Part shown: piece after piece, positions 1-11,355 of the stretch
How the letters are laid out: every line of letters starts with the position of its first letter
How positions within the stretch are numbered: position 1 is the first letter of the stretch
Assembly: GCA_051530055.1 (NCBI GenBank)
Contig: CM121342.1
Location: forward strand, 8,091,389 to 8,155,388
DNA: 64,000 nucleotides
Direction of reading: 5' to 3'
DNA from: Neoechinorhynchus agilis
Taxonomy: Eukaryota > Animalia > Acanthocephala
Translations under genes and position numbers: made by a program
Notes under the pieces: model-generated
What the model saw: only the letters and a program-made list of their open reading frames with translations
The model's database searches: none
Told to the model about the DNA's origin: nothing

Positions 1-4
1 TGCT

Positions 5-3000
5 TTGTTGGCTATAATGAGAGAGGTTGGTAAGAACACCACACCGGATGGCACCATTTGTACGGATACGTTCAAAGTGATCTACATTGCACCAATGCGT
101 TCTCTTGTACAAGAGATGGTTGGTAATTTCAGTCGTCGATTGGCGTGCTATGGTCTTAAAGTTTCTGAACTGACAGGAGATCATCAACTCACAAAGCAGG
201 AGATTGACGCGACTCAGGTGATCGTGTGTACGCCCGAAAAATGGGATATTGTTACTCGCAAAGGAGGTGATAGAGTCTACACTCAAATCGTTCGACTTTT
301 AATTATCGACGAAATTCATTTGCTGCATGATGATCGCGGACCGGTGTTGGAGGCGATTGTCGCGCGGACCTTAAGGAATATTGAAAGCAATCAAATGGAT
401 GCGCGTTTCATTGGACTTAGTGCTACACTTCCCAATGTCGAAGATATTGCTCGGTTTTTGCGAGTTAATCCCGATTCAGGACTGTTTTCGTTCGATAACT
501 CGTATAGACCTGTGCCGCTCGAACAACAATATATTGGAATCACAGAGAAGAAAGCTGTTAAAAGGTATCAGTTGATGAACGATCTCACCTACGAAAAGGT
601 CATTGAACTCAGTGGTTCGACTAAGCAACAAGTACTGATTTTCGTTCATTCGAGGAAAGAAACTACTAGAACGGCTAAATGGATTCGGGACAAGTGTATG
701 TCAGAAAACACAATCGGATCATTTCTACGAGATGGATCTGCCTCCATGGAAATTCTTAAATCCGAAGCTGAGCAAACTTCTAATTTAGATCTTAAAGATT
801 TATTGCCTTATGGTTTTGGAATACATAATGCTGGTCTCAGTCGCGTAAAACCCATCGTGCTCCTTTAAGGGTTTAAATTGCGAACAATTATTGAATTGTT
901 TTAAGCCTTCTTTTTTATAGAAGCTCGATTAGTCTACTTTAAAAACGCTTAAAGGGTAAATCTCTATTTTTAAGTAATGCGAATTCCGATTCAGCCAATC
1001 TTAGTAGAGTCTCAAAAATGGGCGATGGAATTGGCACTAAAATTCAGTCGATTACGGAGATTTCCCAAAAAGGGATATTGTTAATTTTCCAATATCCACA
1101 AATTCCCTAACATTCAAATTTCAAAAAACACGAAGGCAAATGTCATTGAAAGCAAGTTACTCTTCAGTAGGTCTATTTTTTACAAGAAAAAAGTTTCTTG
1201 CTTTATATTTTTATAGAGGCGAAAGTTGATTTTTTTTTCAAAAAAAAATTAAAAACGCTTTGTCGCGCTTCTGTTTCTAATGTTAAAAGGAGCACGGATT
1301 GGGCAATAGATCGAACACTGGTTGAGGACTTATTTGCGGATCGACACATTAACGTCCTTGTATCTACAGCAACCCTTGCTTGGGGTGTTAACTTACCCGC
1401 TCATGCGGTTATCATTAAAGGAACTCAAGTGTATAGCCCCGAACGTGGTCGATGGGTGGAACTCGGTGCATTGGATGTGATGCAGATGTTGGGTCGAGCC
1501 GGTCGCCCCCAATTCGACCGTCGTGGAGTAGGTGTCCTTTTGACCACTTACACTCAACTCCAATACTATTTAAGTCTCATGAACCAACAATTGCCGATTG
1601 AAAGTCAATTGATTGCTCGTTTAGTGGATAATCTAAACGCAGAGTTGGTTCTTGGCACTATTCACAATTCTGACGATGCCGTTCAGTGGCTTAAATATAC
1701 GTATCTCTATATTCGAATGCTGCGCAATCCAGTACTGTATGGAATTGAATTGGACGAAATAGATTCGGATCCGTATCTGGTGAACCGTAGAAAAGACCTC
1801 ATACACACTGCTTGTCTTCATCTAAGCAAATCAGGTCTTCTAAAATACGATCCACGAAACGATCATCTTGATCCAAGTGCTCTGGGACGTATAAGTAGTC
1901 ATTACTATGTAACCGCAGATACAATGCAGGTATACAATCAGCTGCTAAGATCAACTGTATCTGAGATCGAACTTCTTAGGATATTCGCCTTATCGTCAGA
2001 GTTCCGAAATATTCGAGTTAGAGAAGAAGAAAAACTCGAGTTGGCGAAGTTGATCGAAAGGGTTCCATTTCCGGTAAAGGAAGCAGCTGAGGAACCAAGT
2101 GCTAAGGTGAACGTTCTCCTTCAAGCTCATATAAGTCAACTTCATCTCGATGGATTTTCTCTTGCTTCAGACATGATATACGTCACTCAAAGTGCCTCAA
2201 GGCTTGTTCGAGCTTTATTTGAGATTGTTTTGAGCCGGGAATGGGCTCAACTAGCTGAACGGTGTCTAAATCTTGCAAAAATGATCGATCGACGAATGTG
2301 GCAATCAATGTGTCCACTGAGGCAGTTCAAAAAAATTCCGGAGGAAATTGTTAGGAAATTAGAGAGGAAGATTATACCTTGGGAACGCTTTTACGATATG
2401 GGTCCACATGAACTTGGTGAACTTATCCGAGCGCCAAAACTAGGAAAATCTCTGTATCGATACATTCACGAGATTCCACGTCTTGAGTGCAGTATTCATG
2501 TACTTCCTGTAACACGATCCATGCTTCAAATTGAACTCAGTGTCCGTGCTGATTTTGAGTGGGACGAAAAAGTTCACGGACGTGGAGCAGAATCATTTTG
2601 GGTTTTTGTCGAAGACGTCGACTCTGAACGACTCCTGCATTACGAATATTTTCTATTAAAAGCGAAATACACAAATGAAGAACATCTCATCAAGTTTTAC
2701 GTCAGTGTATATGAACCCGTTCCTCCTCAGTATTTCGTAAAGATAATAAGCGATCGATGGTTGACCGGTCAGCAGGATACAACGGTTGCGATATCATTTC
2801 GCCATCTCATTCTGCCTGAGAAATTCACCCCATGTACCGACCTTCTGGACCTTCGTCCACTTCCAAAGAGCGCATTAGGATGTAAGTGGTTAGAGGAAAG
2901 CTACGATTGGGCATATTTTAATCCCATTCAAACACAAGTTTTCAATACAGTCTACAATACCGACGAAAATGTGTTTGTGGGTGCTCCGGTCGGTTGCGGA

Positions 3001-5451
3001 AAGACCGTTTTGGCGGAAATTGCCATTTATCGTGCTCTGAGCTCTAAAGGAGGAAGATGTGCGTACGTTCACTCTAGACCAGAAATCGTTGCCGCTCGAT
3101 TTGAAGAATTTAAAGAAAGGTTCAAAAACCTTGGGGTCCATGTTGCTAAACTCACTGGTCACTCACAGACGGATTTGAAAGTGATTGCAACTTCTGGATT
3201 GATTGTGAGCACAGCAAATCATTGGGACAGTGTGAGTAAAAGATGGAAACAACGAAAAAGTATTCAAACGTTAAAACTGTTTGTTATTGACGATCTTCAT
3301 TTGGTTGGATTTTCCGATGGTCCTGTAATTGAAGCTATTTGTTCTCGGATGAGATACATTAGTTCTCAAGTTGCCGATAATCAAATGCGAATTCTGGCCT
3401 TAAGTGCCTCCACTGCAAATTTAAGAGACATTTCATCGTGGTTGGCATGCTCAAAGGGCGCATTTAACTTTCATCCAAGCGTTCGGCCTCAACGACTAAA
3501 CATTCGAATTCAAGCGTTCAATCAGTCTCACACGCCTACACGTCTACTCACAATGTCCCGACACGTGTATACGGCCGCTGTTCAATGCGGCCGTGAATCC
3601 GTGATCGTTTTTGTTAGCAGTCGAAGACAAACAAAACTCACTTGTGTTGACATGTTGGCCTATTCCGTTGCCGATGGACAAAATCTTCAATTTTTATCCG
3701 TGGAGAAATCGGAGGATCTTCTTGCTTCAATCGTTGACAAATTGAATGATGAGTATCTCGGAGAATGTTTAAAACATGGAATCGGATACGTTCACGAAGG
3801 AAGCAGTCATACGGATGAACTCATTGTGTTTGACCTTTTCACTTCGGCTATTATAAAAGTACTCGTAGTCACTCAATCGATCTGTTGGCGACTAAATTCA
3901 CTTCATAGTTACATGGTGATCTTGAGTGACACCTCGTTCTATAATGGCCAATCGCATTCCTACGAGGACTATCCAATGTGTGACATCCTCGAAATGTGCG
4001 GTCGAGCAACCCACGACGCTCTCGTACTCACAGAACGGTCAAAAGCTGAATACCTCCAGAAATTCCTATACGATCCATTACCAATAGAATCACATTTGAC
4101 GTCAGCGGCAGCGACTCAAGGCATTCACGATCATTTTAACGCAGAAATCGTTGCTCATACAATTGAGAGTAAACAGGACGCTGTCGATTACCTTACATGG
4201 ACTCTCATGTACCGAAGGATGACTCAAAATCCAAATTATTACAATTTAGCTGGTCTTACTCATCGACACCTTAGTGATCACTTGTCGCAACTCGTCGAAA
4301 GTGTCCTCAGTGACCTTGCCGAATGCAAATGCATCCAAGTAGACGAATTCACGTGCTCTCCATTGAACCTTGCAATGATATGTTCATATTATAGCGTCTC
4401 ATATCGCACAATTGAACTTTTATCGCGTACCTTAAGTCCGAAAACTAAAAGCAGTCGAACGTTGCTTGAACTTGTTTCCAACGCTGCCGAATTCGACGAT
4501 CGCCTTCCAGTACGCCATCGTGAAGATGTCATTCTTAAACAACTCACTCAAAGGCTACCTGAGACTTACACACCACCTAAAAATACCAATGATCCGATCC
4601 ATCTTAAAGCTCATGCACTCATATACGGATATTTGGCACGACTACAACTACCGGCAGAACTTGAACGAGACGCCGATTTCGTTATTGCACTTGGCGCAAA
4701 ACTTCTTCATGCTTCCGTTGATGTTCTTAGTTCGAGTGGATACTTGACATCAGCTTTAGTCGCCATGGAAACCGTACAGATGATCGTACAAGCAGTTTGG
4801 CCGGGATCAGGCGATTCAGGAGTCCTGAGACAAATTCCTCATTTCAATGAGGAAATAGTGGACAAATGTAGAGGAAAAGGCGTGTTTAGTGTATTTGATC
4901 TCATGGAAATGGACGACGACGAAAGGTTAAAGCTTTTACAAGAAAGTCTTAGACCTCGGCAGGTGTCAGACGTGGCTCGTTTTTGTAATGCGTATCCGAA
5001 CGTGGATTTCGGTATCATTGTCAAGTCCGTGAGTTCACAGGGAGATGTTGTCAGTGAGCTAAAGGTAGAAAGCGATGAAGACGAAGACGGAGTTGTAGAA
5101 TGTATGGACGATGGGAGTGTTTGCGTGGAAGCGACACTCGAGCGGGAGCAAGATGACGAAGGTGAGCAGTTGGTGGTTGCTCCTTTCTTCCCAAATGAAC
5201 TAAAGGATGAAGGATGGTGGCTTATTGTGGGACATCCACATTCTAATCGTCTTCTAGCCATCAGAAGAGTTTCCATGGGAAACAAAAGTCAAGTCAGAGT
5301 TCAATTGGATGTAGCTAACCCGTTGACACATGAAGATGGGTCACAAAATGAAACGGCGCAACTTAAAGTGTATCTCATGTCCGATTCTTATTTGGGATGC
5401 GATCAGGAACACAAATTTAAAGTAACCAAAAGAAACCTCGCTAAAATTTGA
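5..5451 (+). CDS. SNRNP200: U5 snRNP 200-kDa helicase BRR2, 5'-partial; exons <5-847 and 1309-5451
   Basis: Tandem Ski2-like helicase cassettes and Sec63 domains ([43 protein letters not shown], second cassette [10 protein letters not shown]). The join 847/1309 gives [15 protein letters not shown], the conserved BRR2 text. Confidence 0.97.
848..1308 (+). other. Non-GT-AG intervening sequence in BRR2 (461 nt)
   Basis: cgc gTA|aaacccatcgtgctcctttaa...ttaaaaggagcacggattgggcaaTA|gat cga. TA at 846-847 and 1307-1308; inverted arms 851-868 and 1283-1303. Confidence 0.85.
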
Positions 5452-5560
5452 TTGTTCTAGCAAAAGAGTGCGCGTGAGTAACTCGAAAGTTGTAAAATCG
5501 ATTTTGTGTCAAAGACTGCCAAAATACCGATTTGTCCAATTTGCGATCATGTCTGCTTTG

Positions 5561-5692
5561 GTGACGTCATTCTTCCTTTTCATATTCTGACTGGAAAATG
5601 CGTCTAAATTTGTCGAATAGTGACGTCATTCTTCCATATTGGTGCAGTTCTGCCTGGAAAATGCGTCTAAATTTGTCGAATAGTGACGTCAT
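5561..5692. promoter_or_regulatory. ~60-bp tandem duplication carrying three TGACGTCA (CRE/ATF-type) palindromes upstream of RNASEH2C
   Basis: TGACGTCA at 5562, 5621 and 5684; repeated ctggaaaatgcgtctaaatttgtcgaatagtgacgtcat. Function is inferred. Confidence 0.5.
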
Positions 5693-5866
5693 CCTTTCGT
5701 TCATATTTACGAAAACGCCACGTTCTATGACATCGGCTGCGATTTGTACTTTCGGCCTGATACATTCGAAAAAAGTTCGTAGTTTGCTGATTTATTCTCT
5801 CTTACAAGTTTAAGGTGGCTTTTAAATGAGAAGCGCTTAAAGTATGCTAAAAAATCTTTTTAGAAA

Positions 5867-6252
5867 ATGAAAGATAGCAAAGTGCATTTTCTTCCCTGTC
5901 ACATCGACTACAATGGTTCTACTGAAGTGGACGAGTTATTTTCGAGTAAAATAAAAGCTGGGGATGAAACTGAAGACGGTATCATGGAAGTGAATGAAGT
6001 CGGAGCGCCTAAGAGTTTCGCCTCTTCTAAAATCTTAGAAGCATTGACTATAACACATTCCGTGGGCGTCCGTTGGTTGGACGGCAATTGGCGTTACCCG
6101 AAGGTTGGACCGGTGTATTTATAGAGGAAGATTCAATGGAAGTAATATCCAAATTCAGCGAGTTCACTTATTGGAAATTAGACGAGAAAACAACGAACAA
6201 GGACCACTTCGTCAAGATTATTGAGTTTTTGAACAAACAAAACCAAAGCTGA
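5867..6252 (+). CDS. RNASEH2C: Ribonuclease H2 subunit C; exons 5867-5992 and 6055-6252
   Basis: VHFLPCHIDYNG at the N-terminus. A second frame reads TFRGRPLVGRQLALPEGWTGV...FSEFTYWKLD, matching the RNase H2C pattern (LPC..DG / SFRGR.L.G...LP.G / F...TYW). Confidence 0.88.
5993..6054 (+). other. Non-GT-AG 62-nt intron (AA...AC) in RNASEH2C
   Basis: gaa gtg|aatgaagtc...gactataac|aca ttc cgt gives GIMEV-TFRGR. The only nearby AGs need a phase-2 donor that would delete ~20 N-terminal residues. Confidence 0.7.
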
Positions 6253-6921
6253 TGTTCGGGTACGAATTTGGAAATTTTTTCATTTTGTATTTCGCAAAGA
6301 AAATATATATTAAAGAAGGTAGAGTACAATATAGACTCCAAAATGCATTGTAGGAGTATTGTCGACTCCTTTTATTTTCATACGTTTTATTTTGATTATG
6401 TTTTTCTCGAATCGATTTTGAATGACTGTATCGACCTTTTATTGATTTTTCGAATGTCTACTAATGTCGATCAAACTATTTTTTAAACTAATTTTAATTT
6501 CATATTATTGATCGCTAGCTTTAACTTACAAATTCTTGATTTAGACTAAAAACGTTATTGTAAATCTACCTTACTCGCGGAACAAAATCTTTCTTTTGAC
6601 TTTAACATTTTTTTATCCCAAACTCAATCAATAGACGATCTAAATAGAGAGAAAATCCTTAAAGGATGATAGAGTTAGAGATGTACTTAAAAACGTATTT
6701 TGAATTGAGTGATATTTCGAAAGAGGAAGTCTATTGTTTCTTAAGTTTTTATGATCAAAGTTTGATGGGCGAAAAAAAATGGCCGGCACTGAAAGTCTTA
6801 ATTTTATACAAAGACCATCGATCGCATTTTCTGACAAACACAAAAGGTTCGAGGATATTTTCGGCATAACTATTTTTATTTTGAAGATCAGTTTGTATCT
6901 CTTTTGTCGAAAAAATCCAAA

Positions 6922-9900
6922 TTAGACGTGTCTGGACATGCTACGGCGATCTCCATTGCTCAACACGGACAATTCTCTATCAGTGGGTCTCGTGATATAA
7001 TTAAACCTGCTAGCAGCTCGATACTTGCTGATCATGGCTTCAGCAGCTTCTAATCGTTGCTCAGCTCTTAGAAGGTCATCAGCCATGACTTTATATCTCG
7101 CCAGACTATGTGCAGCTTCTTGTTCGGCGCTATCAGCCTGTTTTCTGTAAACCTTCATCTTTTGCTGAAGATTCTCATTCAGCTCTTTGAGTTTCTCATT
7201 TTGATTTTCGATCACATCGGCCTGTGTATTTGGACGCTAAGCTTATAAACTTTAAAAAAAGATTACCTGCGTTAGAACTTCTCTCATTTTTCGCTCCATA
7301 CGCCCAGTCGCACGATTCGCATCGTCCACTTGATGGTTCAACAATTGAATGTTATTATCTCTCTCAAGTAAACGGTCTTCAAGGTTCTGGATGGTCGCTT
7401 TAAAATTCCTAAAAGCCGTGCTCTCCGCCATTTCAGCCCTATTCTCCGCTTCTCCCAATTCTCTCCTCATTATACTCATGTCGGCGTCGAGTTCCTTCAA
7501 ATGCTTTTGCTCGAGATTAAGCTTTTCGTTCAGGGAATTGTTTTCAGAAGAAAGTTTCGTGCACCGTTCTTCTAAGACGTGCAATTCGGACAGTGTACCT
7601 TCGTGGTCCACCTGAAGTCGTGCCAACGCCCCATCCGAATGAGCCTTCTGATTTTCCAATATCCGTAAATGGGACACGAGTTCATTCCGAGCGACTGTGA
7701 CTTTGTTTAATTCTAGTTGAAGATTATCAATCGCCTTTTCGTACAATAAGGCGTTTTCCTTTAACCGATCTACTTCCCCAATTAACGCTCTGTTCCGCTT
7801 GGATGCCAAAGCTTCTAAGTCACGAGTTTTGTCATGTTCACGCCGTTCATCGTCCAACTGGTTTCGTAGATCCGATACTGTGCCATGAAGAGCATCCGCT
7901 TGGAGTTTCAAATCAGAAACAAGCTGCTGTTCTAATTCGAGCTCGTGGCGAATAGTGTCACATGCTGCTAAAGCGTTCTCTTTTTGAGTTAAAGCTTCAC
8001 GTTTCGCCATAACCTCGGCTTCCACGTTCGCTTGCATCATTTCCAGCATCCTTTGTGAATTTTTCTTTGTTGATTCAATATCTTCCTGGAGATCTCTTAA
8101 GGCCATTTCGTATTCGTTTTTCATGTTGTCCAAATCGTTTAAAGAACCCTTCAAACGAATTTCATATTCGTCTTTTTCCATCATACAATCGTCGATCTTC
8201 AACTTTAATTCGCCCTTCTCCTTCTCCAGTCGCTGTTTCATTTTCTCAAATTCAAAAACGCTTGTTGCGTTTTCTTCTACTTGCTCAATCAAATTCCGAA
8301 CTTCATCAGACAAATTCCGATTCTCGCGCCTTAAAGATTCAATCTGGTCCTGGGCTTCCATATACTGATCCTGTTTTTTCTGAGCTTCGGAACTCATGTA
8401 TTTGGCGTTGTTTTGAGCACCTGCCAACTCCAAAGACACACTTTCACACTTTTGTTTCCATTCCTCAATTAATCGATCGAATCTCTTTTGTTTCCTTTCC
8501 AAATTTCCAATGGTTGTATTCGCTTTATCCACAGTGCCAATCAATTCTTCAACCTCTTGCTATAAATGCGCGCACGCACACTTTTAAGGGCTTCAAAAAT
8601 TCTCCAAATACCTGCAGCTTCTCTTTTGACCGTTGTAAAAGAACACTCTTATTCGCTGATTGCTCAATCTGGTCTTCAGCCTCGACCAAACGAGTTTCGT
8701 ACTTGCTTCTAGTTTCCTCCATTTCACGCATACGCTCAAATCGTTCATTCTCGTATTTTTTCCTTAATTGTTCGATCTAATTAACAAGAGATACAAACAT
8801 GAGAAGGTTTTTTCTTGAGCAAAAACTAACCGCATTATTTGCGCATACCAACTCCTTCTCGAATTCTCCGCGATTCTCCAATTCAATTTCCAACTGAGTC
8901 TTCACGGATTCCAACTCAACCACAGCATTTCGTAACTCGGCGGTTAAAGCAACCTTAGCCCGGTCCTCTTCGTTCAACTGATGTCTTGCGTTCTCCAAAT
9001 GATCCTGAAGAAGTTGTTTCGCCTAAAATTTGTGAGATTATATTAAACAATTAGCATTTAGACGTGTGGTTTAATCATAATCCTTCGGATAAAACGTATT
9101 GAAATATTTCGAAAGAGGAACAACTAAAATATCTTTCGAAATATCAGTGAATTCAAAATATTTTATATCCGGTGATCATGATTCGAGAAGGACTTTCGAT
9201 GATTTTGGATTTGTAATGACCTTCAACAACGAACTGATTTGATTACGATACTCTTCAAGGTCCGCATTAACTAAACGCAACTCTCCGTCGATCTTCTTCT
9301 TAGCTGCAGTCTGCTCGTCGAACCTTCGAGTGAGTGTCTCGATTTGCGCATTCGATTCCTCCAGATTCGCTTCCATTTGAGCGTTCAACGCACTCAGCTT
9401 CTCGCGCTCTTTCTCCATTTGTTCAATAACACCTTCAGCATGAACTAATTTATAACCAAGTTCATGAACCTCCTTGTCCAATCTCGCTTTATCGCTGTAT
9501 ATCCCGTCTATTTGCTTTCCCATCTCTTCAACGGCTGCCTGATGTTTCTGTTTCAATTGAGTGATCGTCGTTTCGTGAATCTCCGATAACTCCCGCATAT
9601 CAAATCGTAACTTTTCTAGTTCGCCTTCTCGTTTCCGAGTTATGTCACCGTGTGTAGCGTTCATTCGCTGACTCTCTTGTACAAAGCTGCTTTGCTTTTT
9701 AAATATAATTTTTGCCATTAATTTTGATGTGTCTTCGACGGGGAAAAGATACTTCTTTTTCTTAGTTTTGTTAACCCGAGGATTTAAATTCACTGATTTA
9801 TTTCAAGTCGGATTATTCTTACATTTTCCCGTGGATTCTCATTGTTGAAGTGTTTAATCCGAACATCGGAAATAAATCAGTGAATTTGGTGGCAAAACTA

Positions 9901-11178
9901 AGAAAAAGAAAACAAATTTTAATCTTCAACTTTTTATTCTTTTTCTATTTCAATTAACTCAAATGACATTGTAAAATTAAGTCTGAAGCGGACGCAAGAA
10001 TTTTAGATTTACTCAAATTTTAATAATCTTCCTGAAATTTAAATCATTTTTACACTTTTCAGTTAGGTTCAAATCGAGAGAGAAATCCAATTGTTTATTA
10101 GTAAGACACAATTTTAGAATTACTTATTGCGATATTTTTCTATTAATTTTATTAATCACTGGCCCACTATAGAGGTGAATGTAATCTTACAGGAAGAAAT
10201 AGACTGCTGAAACTATGCGGAAATTTTTCTTGTTTGCTTATTTCACAGATCAGTCGATCGTTATTTCCTGAAATTTAAATGATAAAATTGTTACCAATAC
10301 GCGAAACAAATTCGAATTCCCGAGAAGCAATGCTGCTTGTTTAAATTTTCATCCAATTCTCTTATTTCAATCTCATTTTCAGTATTCTTGCGTTCAATCT
10401 ACACAAATCATAACAATCTTTTCGGTCAAAAACAGTAAAAAACTCACCTTTAATCTCAATTCTTTTTCCGTATCTAAGCGTTGCTCGAGATTTTCATATT
10501 CAGACTAAACCCGAGAAGAACTCGAGATTTGAGCTAAAATGTTTCGCTCACCTGCAAATCAGAATATCGTCTGTGCATATTTGAAAGTCCGATGGATTTT
10601 TCTTCTACAATTTCTTTAAGGCTGTTTATATTTTCGTCTTTATGTTTAATTTTGTTCTCAAGTTCAACGCGTCGTTTCTCAAAGTCTTCTCGTTCACTTT
10701 CAATTGAACGTATTTCAAGTTCAAACTTTCGGTTGTTTTTAGTCGCAATACTCAACTGTCTTTTCTCATTTAAAAGATTGTCCTCTAAGTCGTTGATTGT
10801 CTGTTCAAGTTTAATCCTTTGTTGAACAAGCATGGAGTTCTTGTTTTGTTCGTTTACAAGGTCACTTCTAAGACTCGTGCACTCGGTTTCAATAGTTCGG
10901 CGCTCGGATTTAAGTCGTTGGACGGAATCAGAATTATCGGTCATCTCCCGTTTTACATCACTCAGAAGCTGATCACGTTGATTGAGTTGTCTCTGCAATG
11001 CCCTAATCTTCTCTTCCAACTCTTCAACCGTTCCATTTAGAGTTTCAATCTCAGAATAAAGTTCTGACTGCTGCCGTCGTTCCCCTTGAATTGAACGGTC
11101 ATCTTCGATTGTGCTCGTGTGCTCATCGCTGTATTCCTCTTCCATATCGTGTGCCAAACGAACAGTGTTTTCCTCCAT
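6922..11178 (-). CDS. Myosin heavy chain rod-like coiled-coil protein without a motor domain (~1050 aa, 8 exons)
   Basis: Heptad sequence colinear with the myosin II S2/LMM tail (TRKREGELEKLRFD, LERKQKRFDRLIEEWKQK, LQQKMKVYRKQADSAE). Six GT-AG introns plus one non-canonical insert; presumed start MEENTV at 11178. Confidence 0.8.
9680..10341 (-). other. Non-GT-AG intervening sequence in the myosin-rod gene (662 nt)
   Basis: Minus strand aat tTA|aacaagcagcattgct...agcaaagcagctttgTA|caa gag. Arms at 10326-10338 and 9684-9696 (11/13). Confidence 0.8.
9786..9887. mobile_element. ~100-bp MITE-like foldback inside the myosin non-canonical insert
   Basis: Perfect 19-bp inverted repeat aaattcactgatttatttc / gaaataaatcagtgaattt, plus inner tcggatta / taatccga. 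Confidence 0.65.
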
Positions 11179-11355
11179 CTTTAATACCTTTGCTCCCACG
11201 TTTACGCGCAGACACTTATGCCTCTGACTTTCCGCCGCTAATATCTTCTCTTCCCTCCCCACCCGCGAAACCCATTGCCGAAGAATATATCTTTTTCCAT
11301 CACCCGCTCGCACAAACACGTACCTCACACTGAAAAATATTGTCTCTCTCTCTTC

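Noticed and set aside
1198-1308. N-terminal extension (MLYIFIEAK...) of the 1417-aa ORF
   Set aside because: It lies inside the intervening sequence; BRR2 homology starts at DRTLVED.
845-1309. Canonical GT...AG reading of the BRR2 intron
   Set aside because: Gives cgc atc gaa, a frameshift that destroys the downstream 1380 codons.
7349-8780. Long plus-strand ORFs opposite the myosin-rod exons
   Set aside because: Antisense shadows of E/K/L-rich coiled-coil coding sequence.
11317-11335. cag|tgtgag|gtacgt as a 6-nt micro-exon between tubby and the myosin-rod gene
   Set aside because: The tubby C-terminus is already colinear with the family without it; no supporting frame.
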